Assembly (NCBI GenBank): GCA_964016885.1
Contig: OZ024742.1
Span: 243,598,001-243,662,000 of the forward strand
Direction of reading: 5' to 3'
DNA: 64,000 nt
DNA from: Eledone cirrhosa
Lineage: Eukaryota
Made by a program: the position numbers and the translations under genes. Below are positions 41,001 through 50,654 of this stretch, one piece after another; position 1 is the first letter of the stretch; the number at the start of each line of letters is the position of its first letter. The notes beneath the pieces were generated by a model that ran no database searches, was not told the DNA's origin, and saw nothing but the letters and a program-made list of their open reading frames with translations.

Positions 41001-41443
41001 GAGGTGCCGTCGGCCGGGCATGTCCGAGATGCGCGCAGGGCGACGAAACCGTCCTGCACGCACTCGTCCAGTGTCCGAGTATTGCTGACTTGTGGGTTTA
41101 TGTCGAACACCTGCTGTCGCGTGTAGGACGGATCCAGCTATCAGCTGAGTCCATCGTGAGGATTGCCCCGCCCTCTTCCTTTAGCCGGGAAGGGCAGGCA
41201 GTTTTTATCTGTCTCGTGGTGGCCATGGCGAAAGAGATAGTATGGTGGACACGTTTGAAAGGGCTGAAGACGAGCATTTACCTCTTCGGTGATGCCCTGA
41301 TTAACATTTTTAAATTTATTTCATTTGAAAAGGAAAATCAGGGTAGAGGGGAAGTGCTCTCTTCCCAGCATTTTGCTGAAAGATGGGTGAGAGAGGCAAG
41401 AATGGCCCGAGTGAATGGGCCTTCTCTGAGTATGTGTCTGTAA
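38018..41443 (+). CDS. ORF2 of copy 2: AP endonuclease, reverse transcriptase, C-terminal zinc finger
   Basis: SINARGL, AISET, GDWN, YLDR, TDH (APE); KSPGLDG, FRPITLLN, KAFDRV, QGCPLS, YADD; CPRC-X8-H-X4-C. Compensating indels near 41315-41350. Confidence 0.95.
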   Translation: MASLRIGSINARGLGSSWKQGHLLNDLRSLNIDVVAISETRISEAQAFAPIFGGYDVYASPSRPGSGGGVAVLFRRGLDLAIRAIFLDPEGKLVVLDVTSGDGQAFRLVAVYAPTGAGRPDFFRRLETFLGTSRSLVLVGDWNGILDARWDCVGLVDREGGCKSLTNLLRRFELSDRYRMDFPNVPMWTWTNRIGSSRSYLDRVFCREIDRSSIGCPQFKIVSYTDHKFVICVLDLDRLHRRRPGYWKLNASLPARKAYRDRISELVKRALTGAIVNNKWWFALKRAIRIESIRFSKTLAIEKNRAEGELVRKLDEALSKGIATDVLAAKLALGQFFNAKHEGCVVRARVRALRHEGTKAVQWARVAEARRGNKATIRSLVDHDGRMLLDPGQMCEAFQRHFAQLFGGSGGPDRGMDFSVYLDGLPRLSATEVECCEKPITTAEVRDAMTSCTRGKSPGLDGLPYELYVQMPNLFGGLLADVYCNWQQNGRIPSSVSRGAVALLRKDPNKGDNIDNFRPITLLNTEFKILAKVVAKRLALVVGGLVGEAQTCAIPDRSIHDNLHLMRYIVERVAREPGTGGSLINLDQSKAFDRVDHRYLAAVLRAAGFGPVFRGWIAAMHSDICSVVRVNGHLSEPFNIMRSVRQGCPLSSLMYVLTLEPLLHKLETLRGVPRELGCGRSVSAYADDVTVVVSNAKHIEAIGTTLREYEAVTGAMINQEKSVGLQLGTWRGRSMLSNSVVGRWTDGPVKLLGVWFGPDLQTDKNWDEVTSRVASLTQKWAERKLSLKGLAEGANAYIASVIYYRLTVVPYPKPRQTALERLLFRLLWKGRAPMVRQSICCQHPLRGELGMPWLMMRRHALMLRHLHLFLDVDQVWSPFARRVFPQLVSLTKLQSWVKRRPRGSAWRLECLQALTALDQSGNVIGGNSTLAFYRGLVEGKSDDVFGETLGVDENQLANLFGRNFGPGPMDNFQKPLAWQCYRGALPVRDKLYRHGGAVGRACPRCAQGDETVLHALVQCPSIADLWVYVEHLLSRVGRIQLSAESIVRIAPPSSFSREGQAVFICLVVAMAKEIVWWTRLKGLKTSIYLFGDALINIFKFISFEKENQGRGEVLSSQHFAERWVREARMARVNGPSLSMCL

Positions 41444-41933
41444 ATTAAAGGTGGAAAACTGGGAGAGGGCACTTGCCCTAGTGGTCAGGGTCACTGTGGC
41501 TTTTTAATGGGCTTTCTCCACGAATGTCTCTTGGAGGTCTCCCCCCATATTGGGGAATTTTTTCATTGTTCTATTATTACATCCTCTGTTTCTTGTTTTT
41601 TTTTACACGCAGAAATGCCCTTTTGTACCCTCCTGTATTGTCCTGTACTGTCCTTAATGTCTACTTTATGTAAACCCTTGTGGTTAATAAAGAAAACATT
41701 ATTATTATTATTATTATTGAATGCCATGGTTGACGGAGGCTCGGCTCTGTAAGGTATAGTAATTTTTAACCGTTAAAACAATTGTAAATTGTTTAAAACT
41801 TGAACCAAATTGTTGATAAAGACACCCTCCTCCTCGTGAGAGGGGTCTTTCTGTCCGTTATTTGGCCCTTCGGGGTTAAATAACCAGTTATTGGGGTTTT
41901 GTACCCAAAATTTCATTTTAAACAAAAAACAAC

Positions 41934-44039
41934 ATGGCTACGAAAAAGAAATTTCATACGTCACTCCCACTCATTCCGTCTTCTTCTTCCTCAATCATCA
42001 CTACAGCAGAGAGAAGATTGTCTCTCTCCCTCCCTTCTTTAAATGTGTCTCTCTCCCTCCCTTCTCTTTCGCAAGTGACGAAAGAAAAGAAAAGTCTCGT
42101 GCAAAGCGTGCAAGGTTTCTCTACGACGACAGCGACGAAACAGGTGTGCGGGAAATACGAAAACCCAGTTCATTCGTCTGACGTCAGGAATAATAGCAGT
42201 AGCAGCCGTAATAACAACAGCAACAGTGACAATGAAAACAACAGTAGCAGCCGCAACAGCATCACCAGCAGCATAAACAACAACAGCATTAGCAGCAGCA
42301 ACACCAACAACAACCACAGCAACAGCGGCGGAGGCAGTAGTCGTAGTACCTGCAGCAACAACAAAAGTACCAGCAGCTCTGACGACAACAACAACAGCAG
42401 AGAAAAACCAATCTCATTTGCAGGTATTGCGAAAAACTTGGAAACAATCCTCATAACAAATGAGGAATTAGAGGAAGCGAAGAAGATGGTGACAAAGAAC
42501 GGACACCGAGCAATCTGCAAGGCAGCGGAAAAATTTTTCGAAACCCAAGAGCACTGTACGGTCACGTACCGTACAGTAAGTACAAAATCCCGTAGGGTGG
42601 AAAGAGCCACAGAGGCCCAAATACAAAAAGCCTTGGGGTCTGTGTGGCAGCGGAAAACGCACATCACCCGAGGCAAAAAATATGCCACCGTAGACGTACT
42701 TTTTGCCACACCCCAGGAGGCAAAGGCCCAATCAGTAGTGACCCTAAGGAGCGAGGAAATGGTGTTGGTGCCCTCCTACTGCGGGCAAAAAATTGTGAGG
42801 GTCAAACTGACCCACGTCCCCCCCCCCCCCCCCCCCCCCCCCCGGAATGACCCCTTCTTGGCTGGCCGCGTCTGTCCTCGTCGGAATCGAGGACAAAACA
42901 ACTGTACTGCAAGTACAGAAAAAAGTAAGAGAAGATTGGGTCGGCTCCTCCATTGAGATGCTAATCCAAACCAACCAGGAGTGCATCGAAGCTATCCCGG
43001 ATGTGATAGACTTCGATAACGGCACTCAACTGCCCATAAGTGTTGAGGGCAAACGCCCGAAATGCTTTCGCTGTGGATCGAAGACTCACCTCAGGGCCTT
43101 CTGCAACGAGAAGACCCTGAGAAAGGAGAAAACCCCCCTCCTTCCGAATCCGGCTCCACGGCTACCAGCAACAGGACAAGCGGCAACCAGGAACGATAGG
43201 TCCGTGGCACCCATACCCACTCCACGGAAATCAAAAACAGCAGCAGTGGAAATATTAACAACAACAACAGCAATACCAAATGCAGCTGCAACAGAGACTC
43301 CAGTAAAACATCACCAACAACAACAAGTGAAAGAGTGGAGCTGGTACCCCTCCCCGACCTCACAGAATCAGACATGGAGTGTGAGGTGGGAGAGGGATGG
43401 CAAAAGGTCGCAAGAAGGCACAAACGCAGAAGCAGCGCATCGTCGCCTTTGAAAAGGGAGGAAAGAAATGAGAAAAGGGTAAAGTCTACTGCAAAGAGAC
43501 CCACAGCAGCAACACTACCAACACCATCACCACCCACACCAGCACCACCATCACCACCGGCGACAACCCCACCGCCAACAACACCTTCAACACCACCACC
43601 ACAAGCACCAACATCGCAAACACAACAACAAAACACACACACCCAGCAACAACGACAAGAAAATAGCAGAACCACACCCCACCCCCAGAAAAACAAATGC
43701 ACGGCAATAAACACACACAACAAGAAACTAATGACTTACATAATTGAACACACAGACATTTCACAACAGGACTACATAATACCAGCACCAATCAAAACGC
43801 CAACTAACATAAGACTGCTAAAAATAGCACAGAAACAATACACAAACATTAAAACGAAATTCCCCAACGCAGTTGGTGATTTCAGGGACCTAGGAGGAAC
43901 CATCAATCGAAGAGTATATTCAGACATTCTCTTAGAAGAGCCGACGACCAGCCGAAGGGACGATTCAACGGTCCCTTCACCAGACGATCAAGTGAAAAGG
44001 GATGTAAAAACCATCCCTCCTCTACCAAAAGTACGGTAA
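41934..44039 (+). pseudogene. ORF1 of copy 3 (Ser/Asn-rich N-terminus, RRM-like, CCHC knuckle, Pro/Thr-rich) in three frames
   Basis: Frameshifts at the poly-C run (about 42818-42843, possibly a sequencing error) and near 43310-43340; KYATVDVLF, CFRCGSKTHLRAFC. Confidence 0.85.
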
Positions 44040-44074
44040 GTGGTCTTTCCCATCTTTTCCACTCTATTTTAAAC

Positions 44075-47000
44075 ATGACCTCACTCAGAATAGGCAGCAT
44101 AAATGCGCGTGGCTTGGGGTCGTCATGGAAGCAGGGTCACCTGCTCAACGACCTCAGGTCACTAAACATAGATGTAGTGGCCATCAGCGAGACCAGAATC
44201 TCCGAAGCACGGGCCTTCGCACCGATCTTCGGCGGCTACGATGTGTACGCATCTCCCAGCCGTCCGGGATCGGGAGGAGGAGTTGCTGTGCTTTTTCGGA
44301 GAGGTTTGGATCTCGCCATACGGGCCATCTTCCTGGACCCAGAGGGTAAGCTGGTGGTGCTGGACGTGACCAGCGGAGACGGGCAAGCTTTCAGGCTAGT
44401 GGCCGTCTATGCCCCGACAGGAGCAGGGCGGCCTGATTTCTTCCGGCGTCTGGAGACCTTTCTTGGAACGTCCCGCTCTTTAGTGTTAGTGGGCGACTGG
44501 AACGGGATCTTAGATGCACGCTGGGACTGTGTGGGATTAGCGGATAGGGGTGGAGGGTGCAAGAGCCTCACCAACCTGCTCAGGCGTTTTGAACTGTCTG
44601 ACAGGTACCGATTGGATTTCCCGAATGTGCCAATGTGGACTTGGACAAACCGTATAGGGTCATCCAGATCATATCTAGATAGAGTATTTTGTAGGGAAAT
44701 AGATAGGTCTAGCATAGGCTGTCCACAATTCAAGATAGTCAGCTACACGGACCACAAATTCGTGACCTGTGTGCTTGACTTAGATAGGCTTCATAGACGA
44801 GGACCCGGCTACTGGAAGCTAAACGCGTCCTTACCAGCGCGCAAGGCCTACAGAGACCGGATTAGCGAACTAGTTAAGCGGGCGTTGACGGGGGCCATCG
44901 TCAACAACAAGTGGTGGTTTGCTCTGAAAAGAGCGATTAGAATAGAATCGATTAGGTTTAGTAAGGCTTTAGCAATAGAGAAAAATAGAGCAGAGGGAGA
45001 ACTAGTTAGAAAATTAGACGAGGCGCTTAGCAAAGGCATTGCGACCGACGTGCTTGCGGCGAAATTGGCCCTTGACCAATTCTTCAATGCAAAGCACGAA
45101 GGCTGCGTTGTCAGAGCTAGGGTGCGTGCTCTCAGACACGAGGGGACGAAAGCCGTTCAATGGGCCCGAGTGGCGGAGGCGCGTCGTGGCAACAAAGCCA
45201 CGATCCGGTCTTTGGTGGACCACGACGAGCGCATGCTACTCGATCCCGGGCAAATGTGTGAAGCTTTTCAGCGACACTTTGCTCAGCTGTTCGGGGGCAG
45301 CGGGGGGCCGGGTAGAGGGATGGACTTTAGTGTCTACCTCGACGGACTGCCGCGGCTCTCGGCCACTGAGGCGAAGTGTTGCGAAAAGCCGATAACAGCC
45401 GCTGAAGTAAGGGAGGCAATGACTGGCTGCACAAGGGGTAAATCGCCTGGTTTGGATGGTCTGCCCTATGAACTTTACGTACAGATGCCAGACTTGTTCG
45501 GAGGCCTCTTGGCGGACGTCTACTGCAACTGGCAACAGAACGGGAGAATTCCCAGTTCTGTGAGCCGAGGAGCGGTGGCACTGCTGAGAAAGAATCCGAA
45601 CAAGGGGGATAACATAGATAATTTTAGGCCCATAACTCTGCTAAACACAGAGTTCAAGATTTTGGCCAAGGTGCTAGCAAAGAGGTTGGCGCTTGTCGTT
45701 GGTGGTCTGGTGGGAGAGGCGCAGACATGCGCCATTCCCGAGAGATCCATCCACGACAACCTCCACCTCATGCGATACATCATAGAGAGGGTAGCTAAGG
45801 AACCTGGCACGGGTGGGTCCTTGATCAATTTAGATCAATCGAAAGCTTTCGATAGGGTCGACCATCGTTACCTAGCGGCAGTCCTGAGGGCGGCTGGCTT
45901 TGGGCCCGTCTTCAGAGGCTGGATCGCTGCCATGCACAGCGACATCTGCTCTGTGGTGAGAGTGAACGGTCACCTGTCGGAACCGTTCAACATCATGCGC
46001 TCGGTCCGCCAAGGATGTCCCCTCTCGTCCCTCTTGTACGTATTGACTCTCGAGCCATTACTGCACAAACTGGAGACGTTGAGGGGAGTCCCGCGCGAAC
46101 TAGGATGCGGAAGATCCGTGTCAGCATATGCGGACGATGTCACCGTAGTGGTGTCGAACGCCAAACACATCGAGGCGATCGGCACTACACTAAGAGAATA
46201 CGAAGCGGTGACAGGAGCAATGATCAACCAGGAAAAGTCGGTGGGCCTGCAGCTCGGCACCTGGAGAGGCAGGTCCATGCCGTCCAACAGCGTCGTCGGG
46301 CGCTGGACGGACGGACCGGTTAAATTGCTCGGGGTCTGGTTCGGTCTGGACCTCCAGACGGACAAAAACTGGGACGAGGTGACGAGCAGGGTGGCTTCTC
46401 TCACCCAGAGATGGGCCGAGAGGAAGCTATCCCTGAAAGGTCGAGCGGAGGTGGCTAACGCGTACATCGCGTCTGTCATCTGCTACCGCCTAACCGTCGT
46501 ACCTTGTCCTAAGCCTCGCCTGACTGCGCTGGAGCGTTTGCTCTTTCGCTTTTTGTGGAAGGGACGTGCTCCGATGGTCAGGCGGTCCATCTGTTGTCAA
46601 CACCCGCTACGTGGAGGGCTGGGCATGCCGTGGCTGATGATGCGCAGGCACGCGCTCAGGCTACGACATCTCCACCTCTTCCTCGACGGTGATCAGGTGT
46701 GGTCGCCGTTTGCTAGACGCGTTTTTCCCCAGCTCGTTTCCTTGACGGAGCTGCAGTCCTGGGTCAAGCGAAGACCGAGAGGGAGCGCCTGGAGACTGGA
46801 ATGTTTTCAGGCGCTCACAGTCCTCGACCAATCGGGCAATGTGATCGGTGGAAACTCCACCTCGGCGTTCTATAGAGGATTAGTGGAGGGGAAGAGCGAC
46901 GACGTACTTGGGGAAACTCTAGGCGTCGACGAAAATCAACTAGCCAAACTCTTCGGAAGAACTTTCGGGCCAGGGCCTATGGACAACTTCCAGAAATCTC

Positions 47001-47494
47001 TGGCCTGGCAGTGCTACCGAGGAGCCTTGCCAGTTCGGGATAAACTCTACAGGCATGGAGGTGCCGTCAGCCGGGCATGTCCGAGATGCGCGCAGGGCGA
47101 CGAAACCGTCCTGCACGCACTCGTCCAGTGTCCGAAAATTGCTGACTTGTGGGTTTATGTCGAAAACCTGCTGTCGCGTTTAGGACGGATCCGGCTATCA
47201 TCTGAGTCCATCGTGAGGATTGCCCCGCCCTCCTCCTTTAGCCGGGAAGGGCAGGCAGTTTTTATCTGCCTGGTGGCCATGGTGAAAGAGATAGTATGGT
47301 GGACACGTTTGAAAGGGCTGAAGACGAGCACTTACCTCTTCGGTGATGCTCTGATTGACTTTTTCAAATTTCATTTGAAAAGGAAAATCAGAGTAGAGAG
47401 GGAAGTGCTCTCTTCCCAGCATTTTGTTGAAAGATGGGTGAGAGAAGCAAGAATGGCCCGAGTGAATGGGCCTACTCTGAGTATATATCTGTAA
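44075..47494 (+). CDS. ORF2 of copy 3: intact APE-RT-ZnF, 1139 aa
   Basis: All motifs listed for copy 2 are present, with no disruptions. Confidence 0.96.
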   Translation: MTSLRIGSINARGLGSSWKQGHLLNDLRSLNIDVVAISETRISEARAFAPIFGGYDVYASPSRPGSGGGVAVLFRRGLDLAIRAIFLDPEGKLVVLDVTSGDGQAFRLVAVYAPTGAGRPDFFRRLETFLGTSRSLVLVGDWNGILDARWDCVGLADRGGGCKSLTNLLRRFELSDRYRLDFPNVPMWTWTNRIGSSRSYLDRVFCREIDRSSIGCPQFKIVSYTDHKFVTCVLDLDRLHRRGPGYWKLNASLPARKAYRDRISELVKRALTGAIVNNKWWFALKRAIRIESIRFSKALAIEKNRAEGELVRKLDEALSKGIATDVLAAKLALDQFFNAKHEGCVVRARVRALRHEGTKAVQWARVAEARRGNKATIRSLVDHDERMLLDPGQMCEAFQRHFAQLFGGSGGPGRGMDFSVYLDGLPRLSATEAKCCEKPITAAEVREAMTGCTRGKSPGLDGLPYELYVQMPDLFGGLLADVYCNWQQNGRIPSSVSRGAVALLRKNPNKGDNIDNFRPITLLNTEFKILAKVLAKRLALVVGGLVGEAQTCAIPERSIHDNLHLMRYIIERVAKEPGTGGSLINLDQSKAFDRVDHRYLAAVLRAAGFGPVFRGWIAAMHSDICSVVRVNGHLSEPFNIMRSVRQGCPLSSLLYVLTLEPLLHKLETLRGVPRELGCGRSVSAYADDVTVVVSNAKHIEAIGTTLREYEAVTGAMINQEKSVGLQLGTWRGRSMPSNSVVGRWTDGPVKLLGVWFGLDLQTDKNWDEVTSRVASLTQRWAERKLSLKGRAEVANAYIASVICYRLTVVPCPKPRLTALERLLFRFLWKGRAPMVRRSICCQHPLRGGLGMPWLMMRRHALRLRHLHLFLDGDQVWSPFARRVFPQLVSLTELQSWVKRRPRGSAWRLECFQALTVLDQSGNVIGGNSTSAFYRGLVEGKSDDVLGETLGVDENQLAKLFGRTFGPGPMDNFQKSLAWQCYRGALPVRDKLYRHGGAVSRACPRCAQGDETVLHALVQCPKIADLWVYVENLLSRLGRIRLSSESIVRIAPPSSFSREGQAVFICLVAMVKEIVWWTRLKGLKTSTYLFGDALIDFFKFHLKRKIRVEREVLSSQHFVERWVREARMARVNGPTLSIYL

Positions 47495-47742
47495 ATTAAA
47501 GGTGGAAAACTGGGAGAGGGCACTTGCCTTGGTGGTCAGGGTCATTGTGGCTTTTTACTGGGCTTTCTCCACAAATGTCCCTCCGAAGTCTGCCCCCTAT
47601 TAGGGAATTTTTCATTGTTATTTTTTGTTACATCCTCTGTTTTTGTTTTTTACACGCAGAAATGCCCATTTGTACCGTCCTGCATTGTCCTGCACTGTCC
47701 TTAATGTCTACTTTATGTAAACCCTTGTGGTTAATAAAGAAA

Positions 47743-47780
<38 letters not shown>

Positions 47781-47782
47781 AA

Positions 47783-47976
47783 GAGCGGTGGATTGGTAGT
47801 ATCAGTAGCGCGTCAGACACCATGCTTTGCAGCATAGAGTTATGGCTCTTTAATTCTAAGTTCAAATCCCGCCGAGGTTAACTTTGCCTTTCATCCTTAC
47901 GGGGTCGATAAAATAAAGTACCAGTAATGCACTGGGTAATTGCTGGCCTTGTGCCAAATATAGAAACAATTATTAT
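47783..47976 (+). mobile_element. ATT-tailed tRNA SINE a few bases after the tail of LINE copy 3
   Basis: A-box TGGTAGTATCAG, B-box GTTCAAATCC, body GCCTTTCATCCTTACGGGGTCGATAAAATAAAGTACCAG, tail TGGCCTTGTGCCA...AGAAACAATTATT. Confidence 0.9.
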
Positions 47977-47983
47977 CATAGTA

Positions 47984-48195
47984 TCTATACATATATATAA
48001 AACTGAAATTGTATTTGTGTGTGTGTGTGTATGTGTGTGTGTGTCATATTTTTTGCAAAGTCTATTCAAATCTACATTTCTACTCCGATTGACTTCAAAC
48101 TTGCATTTATATATTCCTTGCGGTCTAAAGATATTAACTGCAGCTTTTATTTTTCAATTTTCTGTTGTTAAAGGCATGTTAGGCGCCGGTTAGCG
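47984..48195 (+). mobile_element. Probable Helitron 5' fragment
   Basis: A|TCTATACATATATATAAAA start, (GT)n, CCGATTGACTTCAAACTTG motif resembling non-autonomous Helitron 5' regions. Confidence 0.45.
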
Positions 48196-48270
48196 ATCTC
48201 TCTCTCTCTCTCTCTTTCTTGGTCTGTCTTTTTAAATAGATACATAGCTATAACGTCGCGCCCTTATAAT

Positions 48271-48449
48271 TGTTTCTACTTTAGGCACAAGGCCAGCAAT
48301 TATCCAGTGCATTACTGGTATTTTATTTTATCGACCCCGTAAGGATGAAAGGCAAAGTCAACCTCGGCGGGATTTGAACTCAGATCGTAAAGGGACGTAA
48401 CTATGCTGGAAAGCATGGCGTCCGACCCTCTACCGATACTCCCAATCCA
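48271..48449 (-). mobile_element. ATT-tailed tRNA SINE with 9-bp TSD
   Basis: CCTTATAAT at 48262-48270 and 48450-48458; near-identical to the units at 26640-27030. Confidence 0.88.
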
Positions 48450-48682
48450 CCTTATAATATATGTCTGCATTACGACATCATGAAAACATTGTTCTCATTG
48501 CTGACGTATTATCTTCGCTATTTTCCGTTCATTGCCAGGAACGTCTTCACGAACCAAAGTATCGTCTTCCTGTTTTCCTTCGGTTGCAACGTTTTTCGAT
48601 TGATTTTTTTAGTTTCAGAAGATGTCGTTAAGGGTGAAAGCAGCGATTCTTTGCTTAAACTTTAATCTGTTGTTTTAATATA

Positions 48683-49601
48683 TCTATATATATAATTATA
48701 TATTCGTGTACAGATATTTCTGCATACACAAAAACAAAATATAAACAAACATATTTATTTCACGAAAGCACAGACGACTTATCGTCATTGTTACTGCCGA
48801 TATGCCACCCAAAAAGTCCCACTACTTTTGGCACAAGGCTAGCAATTACATAGTCAACCGTTCGGAAATCACATGCATCACTGACGAGTTTACTCCTTAC
48901 TCTACCAGTTAATCTTAGTGTACCTCGTCCTGCTTTTAGGTCATGCCTCGAAGGAAGAGATACTCCATTGGCCGAAATACTGCGAAAGCGGCAAGAAAAA
49001 GAACAAGGCGGGCAAACGAATCGTCAGTGGAATCTGCTATTCGGCGGTCGCAAGATGCTGAACGTACTGCCACTAGAAGAGCACTTGAAACAGACAACCA
49101 ACGAACCATTCGCCGAACCGTATCAGCTTTGCAATGTCTATCAACAAATCCCAGGATCAGACCCTAGCTGTTGCTGGTCTTCTTTTGGAAGAGTCATGTT
49201 TTTCACACGGGCAACTATACGTTGGCTGCTCAAATCTATTTGCATATGCCCGACACGGAAGAACAAGGAACATTGTGTACAAGGAGGTGCTACAATCATT
49301 GTTTAGGTATACGAGGCAGAAGGGGATATACACGATTGGCTGAAGAAGGACGAGACTGTGTTAGTAGTACAACCAATGGCTGCTATCATACCAACAGCAG
49401 CAAAAACAACAACAAAAGAGAGAGGGAACGCAAGTATATGCTTTTGAAAAATCTTAATGGAAAATTATTTGCCCAAGCACAAAATGTAGACACCATCCCC
49501 AGACCGAGGTATTCCGTACTCCTCTGTACTGTTTCAGAAAGGAGGGATAAACATGCCAATCTATGTTTAGAAGCCCGAAGAGCGCCGGGCCATTCTGCTA
49601 G
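48683..49601 (+). mobile_element. Internally deleted non-autonomous Helitron
   Basis: 5' A|TCTATATATATAA; 3' hairpin GCCCG...CGGGC then CTAG|T. Contains a Rep N-terminus-like MPRRKR...RRSQDAER fused to PIF1 helicase motifs AMSINKSQDQTL, CFSHGQLYVGCS and NIVYKEVL. Confidence 0.88.
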
Positions 49602-49687
<86 letters not shown>

Positions 49688-49716
49688 AGTAGTAACACAA
49701 CAGTTAGTTCACCATA

Positions 49717-49757
49717 CCGAGAACAATTGTTTCACCTTACGCGGATCTTCAGCTCGG
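49717..49757 (-). ncRNA. Minimal hammerhead ribozyme in a 116-bp inverted-repeat island (49683-49798)
   Basis: CCGAG-CTGAAGA-t-CC gcgtaa GG-t-GAAA-caattg-TT-CTCGG; island ends GTAGAAGTAGTAACACAA / TTGTGTTACTACTTCTAC. Confidence 0.78.
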
Positions 49758-49861
49758 ACAGTCCGGGCTGAAGATCCGCGTTGTGTTACTACTTCTACCA
49801 AACTCGTCCCATGGACTGAGTGCTCTACCACTACGGATATTACCTTCCAGTGTTCTATCTA

Positions 49862-49963
<102 letters not shown>

Positions 49964-50080
49964 AAAAGAGTCAGGACCCCGACGGCTGAGCTCCGGCCGT
50001 TTCGACAGCTATATATATATATATGTGTGTATATATTACTTCAAAATATTAATAAATATAGACATTCATGTGATCAAATA

Positions 50081-50146
50081 TATTTTATTATATATATTTC
50101 AGAGGTACTGAGCTGTTTCATCAATACGTCCTCATCAGATAAAATA
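50081..50146 (-). ncRNA. Hammerhead ribozyme, PLE-like family B
   Basis: On -: TATTTTAT-CTGATGA-GGACGTATTGA...TCAGTACCTCT-GAAA-tatata-TA-ATAAAA. Confidence 0.72.
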
Positions 50147-50304
50147 AATTGATGTCTGACATACCTCAACTGTGCTGATGGTTCAATTCCAGTTTTGGTA
50201 GTATATATATATGTATATATATATATATATATCAAGTGTTAACCTAATATATCCCTTTCATATACTGTACCGATTGTGTTGTTATTTCTGTTTACCTTTT
50301 ACAT

Positions 50305-50341
<37 letters not shown>

Positions 50342-50588
50342 CAGCTATATATGTATGTATGTGTGTGTGTGTGTGTGTGTGTGGTTGACCTAAGAAGGAT
50401 CGCATACATTTGAAATACGAAATGTATGAAAAATCTTAATGGAAAATTATTTGCCTAAGCACATAATACTAGTCGATCATAATAATAGTCGATCACTATA
50501 AATAATTGTTTCTACTTTAAGCCTCCTACCTTAATGGTCGCTATATTTATGGTACGTCAAAATTATTTATAAAACTGGTTATATATTG

Positions 50589-50654
50589 TATTTTATCTGA
50601 CGAAGGCATGCCATATTCTTAATATGGTATCCCTGAAATATGTATAATGAAATA
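50589..50654 (+). ncRNA. Hammerhead ribozyme related to family B, different stem II
   Basis: TATTTTAT-CTGACGA-aggc-ATGCCATATT ctt AATATGGTAT-ccct-GAAA-tatgta-TA-ATGAAATA. Confidence 0.72.

Larger units (their letters stand above)
35782..41718 (+). mobile_element. Tx1/L1-clade LINE copy 2, apparently full length
   Basis: 5'UTR, ORF1, 34-nt spacer, APE-RT-ZnF ORF2, 3'UTR, AATAAA, (ATT)7. Confidence 0.95.
41719..47779 (+). mobile_element. Tx1/L1-clade LINE copy 3, apparently full length, intact ORF2
   Basis: Same architecture as copy 2; (ATT)n tail at 47745-47779. Confidence 0.95.

Noticed and set aside
42818-42843. Programmed frameshift at the poly-C run
   Set aside because: Copy 2 has CCACCG in frame here; homopolymer expansion or sequencing error is more likely.
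38105-46479. Antisense and overlapping ORFs repeated in both LINEs
   Set aside because: Expected shadows of near-identical GC-rich ORF2s, with no independent motifs.
33550-47790. Target-site duplication around the whole LINE chain
   Set aside because: No matching direct repeat at the left junction (33570); the ATT tails would mask TSDs at internal junctions.
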